A DNA stretch of 64,000 nucleotides. Origin: Candidatus Undinarchaeales archaeon. GTDB taxonomy: Archaea; SpSt-1190; JASMDC01. The notes below the pieces were generated by a model. That model searched no databases, had not been told where the DNA came from, and saw nothing but the letters and a program-made list of their open reading frames with translations. Where the stretch lies: positions 64,001 to 128,000 of the forward strand of contig JASMDC010000001.1 in the NCBI GenBank assembly GCA_030753015.1. Direction: 5' to 3'. Shown piece after piece: positions 48,144 to 56,768 of the stretch (its first letter is position 1; each line of letters starts with the position of its first letter). Made by a program: the position numbers and the translations under genes.

Positions 48144-48935
48144 ATGGTCTCCTTTCTCCCGGGAGGGCCTATAGCACTGCACGGGGGCGTCGCACTCCTC
48201 CTGATGACTGTACCAACCCTTCTTATCCTCTCGGCCATCGTACGCGAGGTCTCAAGGACCTTGTTGTGCACGGACTGCCGCCAATGTACTGCGGTATGTC
48301 CTGTCGTGACCATCGCACGGGAGCTAGATAACAAGGAGGGGGACGGTAGGGCCACATTCATCGGACCCGCTGAGGTCATGCGGTCGCTCCGTGCTGGAGA
48401 TGACAAGCGGATCATAGAGGGGGGACTTCATATCTGCTCGACATGCCGTAATTGCGTGGAACGATGCCCTCGTGGACTGGATGCAGAGGCAATGGTGCTC
48501 GCGGGAAGGAGCATCCGATTCCGAAGGGAAGGCGCTACTGATGGTCAGGTCAAGCTCCTTGAGCGGCTCGACAAGGCAAGAAATGTCCTTGGTGAGACCA
48601 AGAGCCGACCCGATCCTGCCTCGCAGGCCCGGTCCATTCTAAAGAGTGCCAAGCAGCTTGAGCGGCACCTCGAAGATAAGGAAAACGAGATATCGTCAGA
48701 AGACGGTCCGGATCAGATCCTAGATAAGAATGTGGATGGGACTGACGATACGAAAGTCATGAAGGCGGATACTGAACCTGAACGTATACCTAAGGTAAAA
48801 AAGACCGTGAAGCCGAACAAGGATTCAAAGAGCAATCGGTCAAAGAAGCTGGTGAAAACGAAGGCCTCGAAAAGATCTGCGAAGAAGGACGCCGGAGGGC
48901 GGAAGCGATCGACAGGGCCATCGGAGGGATCGTAA
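48144..48935 (+). CDS. HdrC-like 2x[4Fe-4S] protein with N-terminal TM and Lys-rich tail
   Basis: CTDCRQCTAVCP and CSTCRNCVERCPRG. TATA-like ATTTAAG about 25 nt upstream. Confidence 0.85.
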   Translation: MVSFLPGGPIALHGGVALLLMTVPTLLILSAIVREVSRTLLCTDCRQCTAVCPVVTIARELDNKEGDGRATFIGPAEVMRSLRAGDDKRIIEGGLHICSTCRNCVERCPRGLDAEAMVLAGRSIRFRREGATDGQVKLLERLDKARNVLGETKSRPDPASQARSILKSAKQLERHLEDKENEISSEDGPDQILDKNVDGTDDTKVMKADTEPERIPKVKKTVKPNKDSKSNRSKKLVKTKASKRSAKKDAGGRKRSTGPSEGS

Positions 48936-49768
48936 TGCACCGCATGGTCTTCGACGGTTGCTTATACGGACTACAGCTACTTGACACAAGATATGCGGTG
49001 CGATACCTTCTGAAGAAGCTCGGGATCGAGGTGACTGAACCCACAAGGGACATCTGCTGTGGGAGACCGTCATCGTTCATCGGCGACATGGCAGGAAAGG
49101 ACAAGCTCATCAACATCTCCGTCAGCGGCTGGGGTCGCACGCAAGGTTCTGTGGACGAGGTTCTGGTGTCATGTCCGGGTTGCGGGACTGCGCTCATGGA
49201 TTCTGCCGATGTGGCACGAAGGGGCATCGAGGTGACCCACTTCATCGAACTCCTTCCCGAGAAGATGGAGTTCCTCCGCAAGAGCGGGCTCGGAGAGGTG
49301 AACGCTCGAGTGACCGTTCATTTCCCTTGCCATCTCAGCCGGGGGATGGGTGTGGACAATGCGGTCATGGTGGATGTCCTTAACGCGATTCGTGGCCTTG
49401 AGATAATCGAAATGGAGGAGGCTGGCTCGTGCTGCGGTGGCTCGGGCGGCCTCAGAGCGAGTGATCCCGCGGTGGCTAAAGTCTTACGCTACCGCAAGAT
49501 ATGTAATGCCCTGGCAACCAAGGCCGACCTAATCGTGACAGCGTGCCCCCGATGCGAAATCTCCCTGAGCGAGGCCCTCGCGGAGGTGGCCGCCGACGAG
49601 GACGCGGATCCCGCCCTGCGCAAGACTGCTGCAAACATGAAGGTCGTATCCTTAGCCTTCCTGGTGGCATTTGGTATGGACGACTTCACAAAGAACCTAG
49701 AGCGTGTGCTTACCGAAGCCAAGGAGCGACTTGCCGCTCGGAAAGCGGCCGAGGAGGGGATGATCTGA
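48935..49768 (+). CDS. HdrB-like CCG-domain Fe-S protein
   Basis: Two CCG domains: FDGC...CCG...CPGC and HFPCH...CCGGSGG...ACPRC. TAATG overlap with the upstream gene. Confidence 0.9.
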   Translation: MHRMVFDGCLYGLQLLDTRYAVRYLLKKLGIEVTEPTRDICCGRPSSFIGDMAGKDKLINISVSGWGRTQGSVDEVLVSCPGCGTALMDSADVARRGIEVTHFIELLPEKMEFLRKSGLGEVNARVTVHFPCHLSRGMGVDNAVMVDVLNAIRGLEIIEMEEAGSCCGGSGGLRASDPAVAKVLRYRKICNALATKADLIVTACPRCEISLSEALAEVAADEDADPALRKTAANMKVVSLAFLVAFGMDDFTKNLERVLTEAKERLAARKAAEEGMI

Positions 49769-50451
49769 TCATCGGATACCTTGCGCTCGCACTGTTCCTC
49801 GCGACCATCGTTCTCTCACTGAAGGGTGTCATCCCCCAGGACCGTATCCCAATTCAGACGGCGCTGCTCGGTGTGACACTCCTCATAGTGCTCATATCCG
49901 TGATCGGTGCTCGTCAGGGACTGGCGCGCACTATCACTCCCACGGACCTCTTGGCTTCCATTCAGATCCATCCCATCACGGCTCTGATCGCTGGATTCTT
50001 GGCCGTCGGTGGGCTGGAAGCGGCTGGTGCCTTCGAGGCACTGGTGGATGCCCTCGACAGGCTCGCCTTGTTCAAGATCGGTGGGATTGAAGTATTTGGT
50101 CTTCCGGGGGTCGTGGTCCTGCTCGTCAATACACCCGCCATCCTCGCCCTCCCCTGTGGCCGTATACTTGGTGCCGCGCTGCTCCCGGCAGCCCTCTTCC
50201 TTGGACGGGCCGTGGCCGAACGACAGGACGACAATCGCTTGGTGGCGGTAGTTGTGTTCGCTTTCACGGTCAATGCCGCAGCATCATGCGCGCCCTCGCT
50301 CCTTGGAGGTCTCGGAATGATAGGTGAAGGTATGACGGGTCAGCCGTTCGGCACTTTCTCGAACCCTCTACGGGCGGGCATCATGGCTGGGACCGCCTTT
50401 ACGGCAGTGGTCCTCGGACGGCTGGCGCCCCTGAAGGTAGGAGGGCGATAA
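49765..50451 (+). CDS. Membrane protein A (LPCGRI / NAAASCAPS family)
   Basis: Hydrophobic from CTG 49765 (CTGA overlap, GAGGAGGGG SD). Paralog of 50456..51196. Confidence 0.8.
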   Translation: MIIGYLALALFLATIVLSLKGVIPQDRIPIQTALLGVTLLIVLISVIGARQGLARTITPTDLLASIQIHPITALIAGFLAVGGLEAAGAFEALVDALDRLALFKIGGIEVFGLPGVVVLLVNTPAILALPCGRILGAALLPAALFLGRAVAERQDDNRLVAVVVFAFTVNAAASCAPSLLGGLGMIGEGMTGQPFGTFSNPLRAGIMAGTAFTAVVLGRLAPLKVGGR

Positions 50452-50455
50452 GATC

Positions 50456-51196
50456 ATGGAGCTCTCCCTTCCTTTGATCGGGGCCGCCGTCTGGATCGCT
50501 GTGGCTCTCTTGGTCATTCGTTCCCGCATCGACGATAAGCACCTCAGGACCGGTTACATATGTCTGTTGGTGTTCGTGACGACGCTCGCTTACACCCAGG
50601 TGGCACCACCTCCGATACCCATACAGACCGTTCTGGTGGCACTAGCAGTGTTCATGCTGGTGGTCTCGGAGGCGACACTTGCCGAGCTCCTGGCAGGGAT
50701 CATGCTCCACCCAATCATGGCCATGACCGCAGGCTTCATGGCCGCAGGCGCGCTGGGATTCGCAGGGGGATATGATGCGATGGTCGAGATATTCGAGAGG
50801 CTCGCGATGACGACCCCTCTTGGACTTGTCGGGACGGCCGTGCTTGTGGCGAATATCCCTGCGCTCATTCCGTTGCCGTGTGGCCGGATCACCGCGGCGG
50901 CCTTCCTGCCGGGCGTTGTGAGGTTCGGTAACGAGGTGCTCGCGCCAGGTATCGCTGCCACAGGAGCTGCTGACCACGCTCCGTTCGCGACCCATGTGCT
51001 CGTGGCCGCGTTCATCGTCAACGCCGCAGCATCCTGTGCCCCCTCGCGCCTGGGTGGGATCGCTACCGTCGGCGAGGGTGAACTGGGGCTCGAACCTGGT
51101 ACCAGTGCTAGGGCCCAGCAGGCGGGCATCCTGGTTATGACCGCCGTGACTGCCCTCATAATGCTTCTCATATCCAATGGAACCCTTTCGGGGTGA
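50456..51196 (+). CDS. Membrane protein B (LPCGRI / NAAASCAPS family)
   Basis: Shares IPIQT, HPI..AGF, LPCGRI, VNAAASCAPSxLGG and GEG with protein A. Confidence 0.85.
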   Translation: MELSLPLIGAAVWIAVALLVIRSRIDDKHLRTGYICLLVFVTTLAYTQVAPPPIPIQTVLVALAVFMLVVSEATLAELLAGIMLHPIMAMTAGFMAAGALGFAGGYDAMVEIFERLAMTTPLGLVGTAVLVANIPALIPLPCGRITAAAFLPGVVRFGNEVLAPGIAATGAADHAPFATHVLVAAFIVNAAASCAPSRLGGIATVGEGELGLEPGTSARAQQAGILVMTAVTALIMLLISNGTLSG

Positions 51197-51202
51197 TACG
51201 CT

Positions 51203-51346
51203 ATGAACACGAGACTCTTGCTGACGATGGTCGGGATTGGCGCCCTCTGCGGCGCAACGTTCAACCATGCCCTGGGCTATGCGATCTACAAGCCCGGAGG
51301 CATCATGGGCGGCCTTGTGACCGGGCTGCTGATGTTCCTACTCTAG
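51203..51346 (+). CDS. 47-aa two-helix membrane peptide, absent from ORF track
   Basis: MNTRLLLTMVGIGALCGATFNHALGYAIYKPGGIMGGLVTGLLMFLL, with GGTGA SD. Fills the operon gap. Confidence 0.7.
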   Translation: MNTRLLLTMVGIGALCGATFNHALGYAIYKPGGIMGGLVTGLLMFLL

Positions 51347-51358
51347 GTGCTTCACGTC

Positions 51359-51799
51359 ATGGAACCTGTCATCATCACGGTGCTGCTGGCGGCGAGCGTG
51401 GGAGTGGCAGGTCTAATTAGAGGTCGAGCCCGACGGACCGTCGCCATGCCCGTTGACGAGGTCAGGCGTAACGTCATGGCCTCGCTGGCTCTCGCAGTCC
51501 TCCTCGGCAGCAACGCTGTGAAGGCATTGCGCACACGTCACCTGTGGACCCTCACCTGCTACGAGTGCCAGGCATGCCAGCCTGTGTGCCCTCGCGGGCT
51601 CGATCCTGCACGGTTCGTGGTCGCAGCGCGCACGAACAATCCGGACCTTCCTAGTCAAGTGGACGGTACGCATGACGTACCCGTGCGCGAAGCGGCCCGT
51701 TTGTGCGTCAGGTGTGGGCTCTGTGAGCAGGCGTGCCCCCTCCGGCTCCCCATCATGAGTGCGATCGATGATCTGAAGAACGATGGGAGGTTTGTGTGA
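51359..51799 (+). CDS. Membrane-anchored 2x[4Fe-4S] protein (second HdrC-like)
   Basis: N-terminal hydrophobic helices, LWTLTCYECQACQPVCP and CVRCGLCEQACP. Confidence 0.85.
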   Translation: MEPVIITVLLAASVGVAGLIRGRARRTVAMPVDEVRRNVMASLALAVLLGSNAVKALRTRHLWTLTCYECQACQPVCPRGLDPARFVVAARTNNPDLPSQVDGTHDVPVREAARLCVRCGLCEQACPLRLPIMSAIDDLKNDGRFV

Positions 51800-51800
51800 G

Positions 51801-52430
51801 ATGGTCGAGCGGCGCGACTTCCTGCGGAACGCTCTCGGGTACGGAGCAGCGCTGGTGGCAGCGCTCTCCCTCGCGCCACCCACGGGCAATGGTGCAGTGG
51901 TCCGTCCGCCCGGTGCCGTGGACCCGCGCCAGTTCAAACTCCTCTGTCTTAGGTGCGACCAGTGCGCTCAGGTCTGTCCGACCGAGGCCATCGAGATAAT
52001 ATCCACCGGTCCGATAGAAGAGATCGGTCTGCCACGCGTTACGGGCCAACCGGGTCCGTGCACCTTCTGCTATGAGTGCAATAAGATCTGTCCGACCCAG
52101 GTGCTCGACCTCGGGACCGTGACCGATCTCCAGCAGAGCGGTAGGCAACCGAAGCTAGGCACCGCATCCCTCGCCCATCCCGAGCGGTGTATCAGATGCG
52201 ACCGATGTGACGAGGCCTGCCCCTACATAGTCGTCGAGAACGACCTTACCGGGGAGGGAGAGCAGGTAATGCGCTACCGAAAGCTTCTGGAGCCCATCTC
52301 TGAGGGGGCGTTGCAGCGTGAGATGGCCCGCCTCGAGGATTACTGCAGGGGATGCGGCCATTGCGTGAACGCCTGTCCGACGGACGTGCTCGTTCTCAAG
52401 CCGAGTGCTCGTAAGGTGGTGCGCTCATGA
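51801..52430 (+). CDS. NapG/MauM-like polyferredoxin with twin-arginine leader
   Basis: RRDFL leader, VRPPGA, four CxxCxxCxxxCP motifs. Confidence 0.88.
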   Translation: MVERRDFLRNALGYGAALVAALSLAPPTGNGAVVRPPGAVDPRQFKLLCLRCDQCAQVCPTEAIEIISTGPIEEIGLPRVTGQPGPCTFCYECNKICPTQVLDLGTVTDLQQSGRQPKLGTASLAHPERCIRCDRCDEACPYIVVENDLTGEGEQVMRYRKLLEPISEGALQREMARLEDYCRGCGHCVNACPTDVLVLKPSARKVVRS

Positions 52431-53215
52431 GCGTCCAGACATACCGCCGGCCGGTCCAGGCGATATTCCTTATCATATCCATCATCCTTCTCGGCGGGAT
52501 CGCACGGTACTGTCCGTTCATCGGTGTTCAGCAGATTGCTGGCGCTATCGGTTCCGGTCTAATCGACGAGGCCTTTGATGCGGGAACAATCCGCGGCTTC
52601 TCTCGCCTCACTATAGTCGTGGGTGGATTCACGCTCTTCGTCATCGTGTTCGGGCGTGTGTGGTGTGGATGGATTTGCCCGTTCGGAACCATCCTGAGCG
52701 CGGCGAACGCGCTCAAGCTCCCTGTCCAGGAGCGCAGTCCTCCACGCATCCTCCAAGGGTATTCCTTCAAGTACGAGCTCTTAGCAGTCTTTATCGGCGC
52801 GACCATGATCTTCGGATACCCCGTGTTCTGCCAAGTGTGCCCGGTCGGCGCCCTCTACAGGACAGCGGGCTTCCAGACGTTCGACCTTGCCGTAATCCCC
52901 GGTTTGACCGTCGTCTTCATATCCGTGCTCTTCGTGTTAATCTATCATCGTCGGTTCTGGTGCAAGTCAATCTGTCCGCTCGGTGCGCTGACGGCTATCT
53001 TGGACAAGGTAAGCGCGTTCCGAGTCCTAGTGGACGAGGATACGTGCATCGAGTGCATGGTTTGCCAGCGCGAGTGCCCCATGGACATCCTCGTCATTGA
53101 GGATTCTATCCGCCGTGGCCATCGAACAGTGCCCACGGGGGAGTGCTTTCGCTGCGGACGGTGCATCGACGTGTGCCCCAAGGATGCCCTCTCCTTCAGC
53201 TTCAAGTACGGGTGA
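52427..53215 (+). CDS. NapH/MauN-like membrane polyferredoxin
   Basis: GRVWCGWICPFG, RFWCKSICPLGA and a C-terminal 2x[4Fe-4S] domain. Confidence 0.9.
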   Translation: MSVQTYRRPVQAIFLIISIILLGGIARYCPFIGVQQIAGAIGSGLIDEAFDAGTIRGFSRLTIVVGGFTLFVIVFGRVWCGWICPFGTILSAANALKLPVQERSPPRILQGYSFKYELLAVFIGATMIFGYPVFCQVCPVGALYRTAGFQTFDLAVIPGLTVVFISVLFVLIYHRRFWCKSICPLGALTAILDKVSAFRVLVDEDTCIECMVCQRECPMDILVIEDSIRRGHRTVPTGECFRCGRCIDVCPKDALSFSFKYG

Positions 53216-53219
53216 TATC

Positions 53220-53672
53220 ATGGTCCACATGCGTGAGCATTTCATACTGGTGATCCTGGTGATCGGGATCGTTGCCCTTGTAGTCATGGGCTCCACTCGG
53301 CTCACTCCGTCCTCTACCACATCGGTGAACGCCCGTCTTCTCAACCGGCCCAATCCTGCTGGAGAGGGGATCTATCGCACAACGCTCGAGCTCTCCTGGG
53401 AAGGAAGCCCGGTCGCCAGGCGATGTGCGATACTTGTGCTGGCGTTCGATCGGAACGACCGGGATGACGCGTGGCATGTGTCGGTCCTGAAGGACATCGA
53501 AGCCTCTCCCTATGGGCAGAACCTGTGGGCGGACATCCCTCCTGACAAACCCGAAGGGAAAGCGGTCCTCACCGCCGACCTCCTGTTCGAGAGCATAGGG
53601 GCGGGAGAGGTAGTGGAGGCGCTCCTCCTGTGCGATGGTGAGGTCGTCGCACGGGACGAGGTTCTTATCTAA
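53220..53672 (+). CDS. Small membrane-anchored or exported protein
   Basis: N-terminal hydrophobic helix, beta-rich body with two Cys, GGTGA SD. Operonic with the napH-like gene. Confidence 0.65.
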   Translation: MVHMREHFILVILVIGIVALVVMGSTRLTPSSTTSVNARLLNRPNPAGEGIYRTTLELSWEGSPVARRCAILVLAFDRNDRDDAWHVSVLKDIEASPYGQNLWADIPPDKPEGKAVLTADLLFESIGAGEVVEALLLCDGEVVARDEVLI

Positions 53673-55960
53673 GCCTTGTTCCGTCGGACAACGAAGCCCT
53701 CTATCACGAGGACGTCCACTCCACGCCGGACCAGAACCGAGAGCGCATCCCTAGGTGTGCACACGATCGGTTCACCATGGATGTTGAAGGATGTGTTGAG
53801 CACGACGGGAACTCCCGTGTGGGACTCAAGCTCGGTAAGCACCCTGTGGTAGGCAGGCTGGAGCTCCCGCCGCACCGTCTGAGGTCGGGTCGTGCCATCG
53901 ACATGGACGACGGCCGGGATCTCACCACGCTTCTCCGCGGGCACATCGTAGGCCTCGATCATGAACGGGGCCTCCCGCCCTTCCACAAGGTACTCTTCCG
54001 CCCGCTCCAAGGGGAGGCTCGGACAAAACGGTTGGTACCACTCCCTGCCCTTGAGGAGGAGGTTGATTCGGTCCTTGGTTGAAGTGTTGGAGGGATCGGC
54101 GAGCACCGAGCGGTTGCCTAGGGCGCGAGGGCCGAACTCCATGCGTCCCTCGAACCAGCCGACGATAGCACCTCCTGCAGCAAGGTCCGCGGCAGTACCC
54201 GCCATATCGTCAGTGGCATCCCACGTGATCCCCCGTGTCCCTCGGAGGGCGGTCAGCACGTCGTCCTCGGTATAGGAGGGGCCGAGGGACACGCTCTCGA
54301 AGCGATGGGACGTAGGTCTGCGTCCCTCCTCGCGACATCGGTGATGCCATACATACAGCGCAGCACCCACACACGTTCCTGCATCGCTGGCAGCAGGCTG
54401 GATGAACAGGTCCTCGACACAGTCCAGCCGACGTATGTTCATGTTGGCCAGCACATTGAGGAAAACCCCTCCCGCTGTGGCGACCTTTGCCTGCCCCGTG
54501 AGCTCGACCGCTTGGGTCGCCAGCGACGTGAGCACCTTCTCCAGTCTACGCTGGAGTGCCTTGGACACGGCGGGCCGCGTTGTGTTCTCAAGGAGCCCTC
54601 TTCGGACCGCGGCGTACACGGGGGCGTCAATGAATGTGCCTTTGTGCTTCCCAAGAGGGGGTTTCTCCACCGCACGCGCGTCGTACCAGGTCCGGAACGC
54701 CTCGATGGCCCTTTCCGCGAATCCTTCCACATCGGGTGCGTCGGCCGGGTTACCCCCTGTCCACAGAGTGCGGCAGAGGGGGGAGAACTCCACGAGCTCC
54801 CGTACATCACGCTCATCCATATCGAGCATCTCCGCGATGCTCGTCGTCGTCCGTGTCCCATCGCATAGGGAGTATACGGCGTGGTCGCGCTCGATGAGCC
54901 TGAGCGACAGGCCCCCGCTCATGGAAGCAGAGTATACTCCTTGGCGCTCGTGCAGCTCGACATTGGGTAGGAGGCAGGCCCAAATATCCTCGTCCTGTAT
55001 CCCAATGAGGGGTGCGGCCAGCTGGACGACCTCATCCACGTGTGCCGAGGGGGAGCGGCGGAGAACATACCATAGTGCTCGGAACTCCTCGTCCTCAAGC
55101 GGTTCTACCGACAAGGGATTGCCGGAGTGGGGCCGTAACCGGTACCCTTCCGTCGTCCGCTCCGGCCGCCACTTGGGTGAGGGTCGGACCACTTCCGATC
55201 CATGGAGGGTGTTACGCAGGTCCCTGGAAGGGACGGGTTTAATATCAAGGAGCCCGAGGAGGGCCTCCGCCGTTGGTTGCAGCTCAGCCTCCTTTGGAAG
55301 GGGCATGAGGGCCTCATACAGTTGTTCGATCCCATCGGGGACTTCTCCCGGGAACGAGCTCATGGCGGTGACCTTGCCCTCATCGTACCATATGGATAGC
55401 CCGAGGAGGAGCGTTGTCAATCCGTATACGAGCCCGACGGAAGAGCGCAGGGGGGAGGATGCGACGAGCTCTAAGGAACCGTCAGCCCATCGGCCAACGG
55501 CGGCCGAGCGGTCATCCCCGTACCCGTCCACCGCCAAGGCAGTGCATCCATCGAATCCCGAGCACAGAGCCGCCGAGGCCAAGTGGGCCGTCTCGTGGTC
55601 GACGGCGGCCACCTCTACAGGCGTGGAGCGCTCGCCCGCAAAGAATGTACGGATCCGGTCCACTTCCTCCTGATTGCGAAGACGAACGTTCGTGGAGAAC
55701 AATGACGCGAGCTGGGCCCGGGACCTACGGTGTGGCGGTTCGATGGGGCGTGCCCCCTCGCCTCCGTATGCGACAAGGTCGATATCATCAGGAGTGAGCC
55801 TTGCCAAGCGTAATACCTCGAAGATGGAGTCCCGGGGGAAGTGGCCGGTGTGCTTGTCCCTATTGAGCCGCTCCTCCTCCACCGCGGCCACCACCTGACC
55901 GTCGCGGACGATGCATGCCGATCGGTCATGGGCCTTGAAGGACACCCCGAGGATGTTCAC
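53669..55960 (-). CDS. Carbamoyltransferase (NodU/CmcH/TobZ family) with large internal insertion
   Basis: HDRSAC, EEERLNRDKH, HETAH, DGYGD, GGVFLN, DAG, GPRALGNRS, HVDGTTRPQ, NTSFN. Start GTG 55960 with TTTAAA about 25 nt upstream. Confidence 0.92.
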   Translation of the reverse strand: MNILGVSFKAHDRSACIVRDGQVVAAVEEERLNRDKHTGHFPRDSIFEVLRLARLTPDDIDLVAYGGEGARPIEPPHRRSRAQLASLFSTNVRLRNQEEVDRIRTFFAGERSTPVEVAAVDHETAHLASAALCSGFDGCTALAVDGYGDDRSAAVGRWADGSLELVASSPLRSSVGLVYGLTTLLLGLSIWYDEGKVTAMSSFPGEVPDGIEQLYEALMPLPKEAELQPTAEALLGLLDIKPVPSRDLRNTLHGSEVVRPSPKWRPERTTEGYRLRPHSGNPLSVEPLEDEEFRALWYVLRRSPSAHVDEVVQLAAPLIGIQDEDIWACLLPNVELHERQGVYSASMSGGLSLRLIERDHAVYSLCDGTRTTTSIAEMLDMDERDVRELVEFSPLCRTLWTGGNPADAPDVEGFAERAIEAFRTWYDARAVEKPPLGKHKGTFIDAPVYAAVRRGLLENTTRPAVSKALQRRLEKVLTSLATQAVELTGQAKVATAGGVFLNVLANMNIRRLDCVEDLFIQPAASDAGTCVGAALYVWHHRCREEGRRPTSHRFESVSLGPSYTEDDVLTALRGTRGITWDATDDMAGTAADLAAGGAIVGWFEGRMEFGPRALGNRSVLADPSNTSTKDRINLLLKGREWYQPFCPSLPLERAEEYLVEGREAPFMIEAYDVPAEKRGEIPAVVHVDGTTRPQTVRRELQPAYHRVLTELESHTGVPVVLNTSFNIHGEPIVCTPRDALSVLVRRGVDVLVIEGFVVRRNKA

Positions 55961-56020
55961 GCTGCTGGCCGTGTGCGTCAAGGTTTAAAGGGATTGGGGT
56001 GAGGTGTCCGAAGAGGGCTT

Positions 56021-56767
56021 TTACCTCACGGAGCGGAATATCCGGTCGAGGTTCCCTGCGAGCACTAGACGGCGAGCTCGACCACGAGGGACAGCGGCCA
56101 GCACCTTGGCAAGCTCCACCCGAGCGTCAAGGTAGGGATGGTCCGAGCCGTAGAGCACCCTCCGCGGTGATGCTCGCACAGCTTCTGCGATCACCCTGAC
56201 GCTCGCGTTCGACGTATCAGCGTACACATTTCGCTTCTTGAGCAGGGGCAGGCAACCCCGCGAGAGATGGCAGAGGATGAGTGGTGTTGGACCGCCAGCG
56301 AGCTTGTTCAAGTACTTGGGCGATGCGAATCCGGCTCCCGTATGGAATACCAGCGCCAAGCCGAGGTCCCGGGCACGCTCGAAGACGTCCGCAAGCTCCG
56401 GGTGGTCGGGACGGAAGCACTCGACGACCGGGTGTAGCTTGATACCCACTAGCCCGAGCCGTCCTACCTCCTCCACATGCGCAACGGCGTCTGGGTGGCG
56501 CGGATCCACCCTGCCGAACGGGATGAGGTCATCGCGTTCACGGGCGGTACGCGCGAGCTCGCGGTTACGCTCGGGGTAGGAGTGTGTGGACGGATTTGGG
56601 AACACGAGGGCCCGCTGCGTTCCTAAGGCGGAAAGAGTGGCGTCCATGTCGGTAAGGGAACTGGAAGGATCGAGCTCGGGCACCCATGGGTCCGAAGGAC
56701 CAATATGGACATGCGCATCGCACAGTCTGCCTGCAAGGGGGGCCAGAGCGGCGGCGAGCTCGTCCAT
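56021..56767 (-). CDS. Amidohydrolase family protein (TIM barrel)
   Basis: DAHVH, GIKLHP, FHTG, YGSDHP. Confidence 0.9.
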   Translation of the reverse strand: MDELAAALAPLAGRLCDAHVHIGPSDPWVPELDPSSSLTDMDATLSALGTQRALVFPNPSTHSYPERNRELARTARERDDLIPFGRVDPRHPDAVAHVEEVGRLGLVGIKLHPVVECFRPDHPELADVFERARDLGLALVFHTGAGFASPKYLNKLAGGPTPLILCHLSRGCLPLLKKRNVYADTSNASVRVIAEAVRASPRRVLYGSDHPYLDARVELAKVLAAVPRGRARRLVLAGNLDRIFRSVR

Positions 56768-56768
56768 G

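Noticed and set aside
48144-49768. Evidence of methanogenesis from HdrB/C-like genes
   Set aside because: CCG and dicluster proteins are widespread. No hdrA, mvh, mcr or mtr genes are in the window.
48144-53215. Selenocysteine in the Hdr-like or ferredoxin genes
   Set aside because: The Cys motifs are complete in open frames and no in-frame TGA interrupts them.
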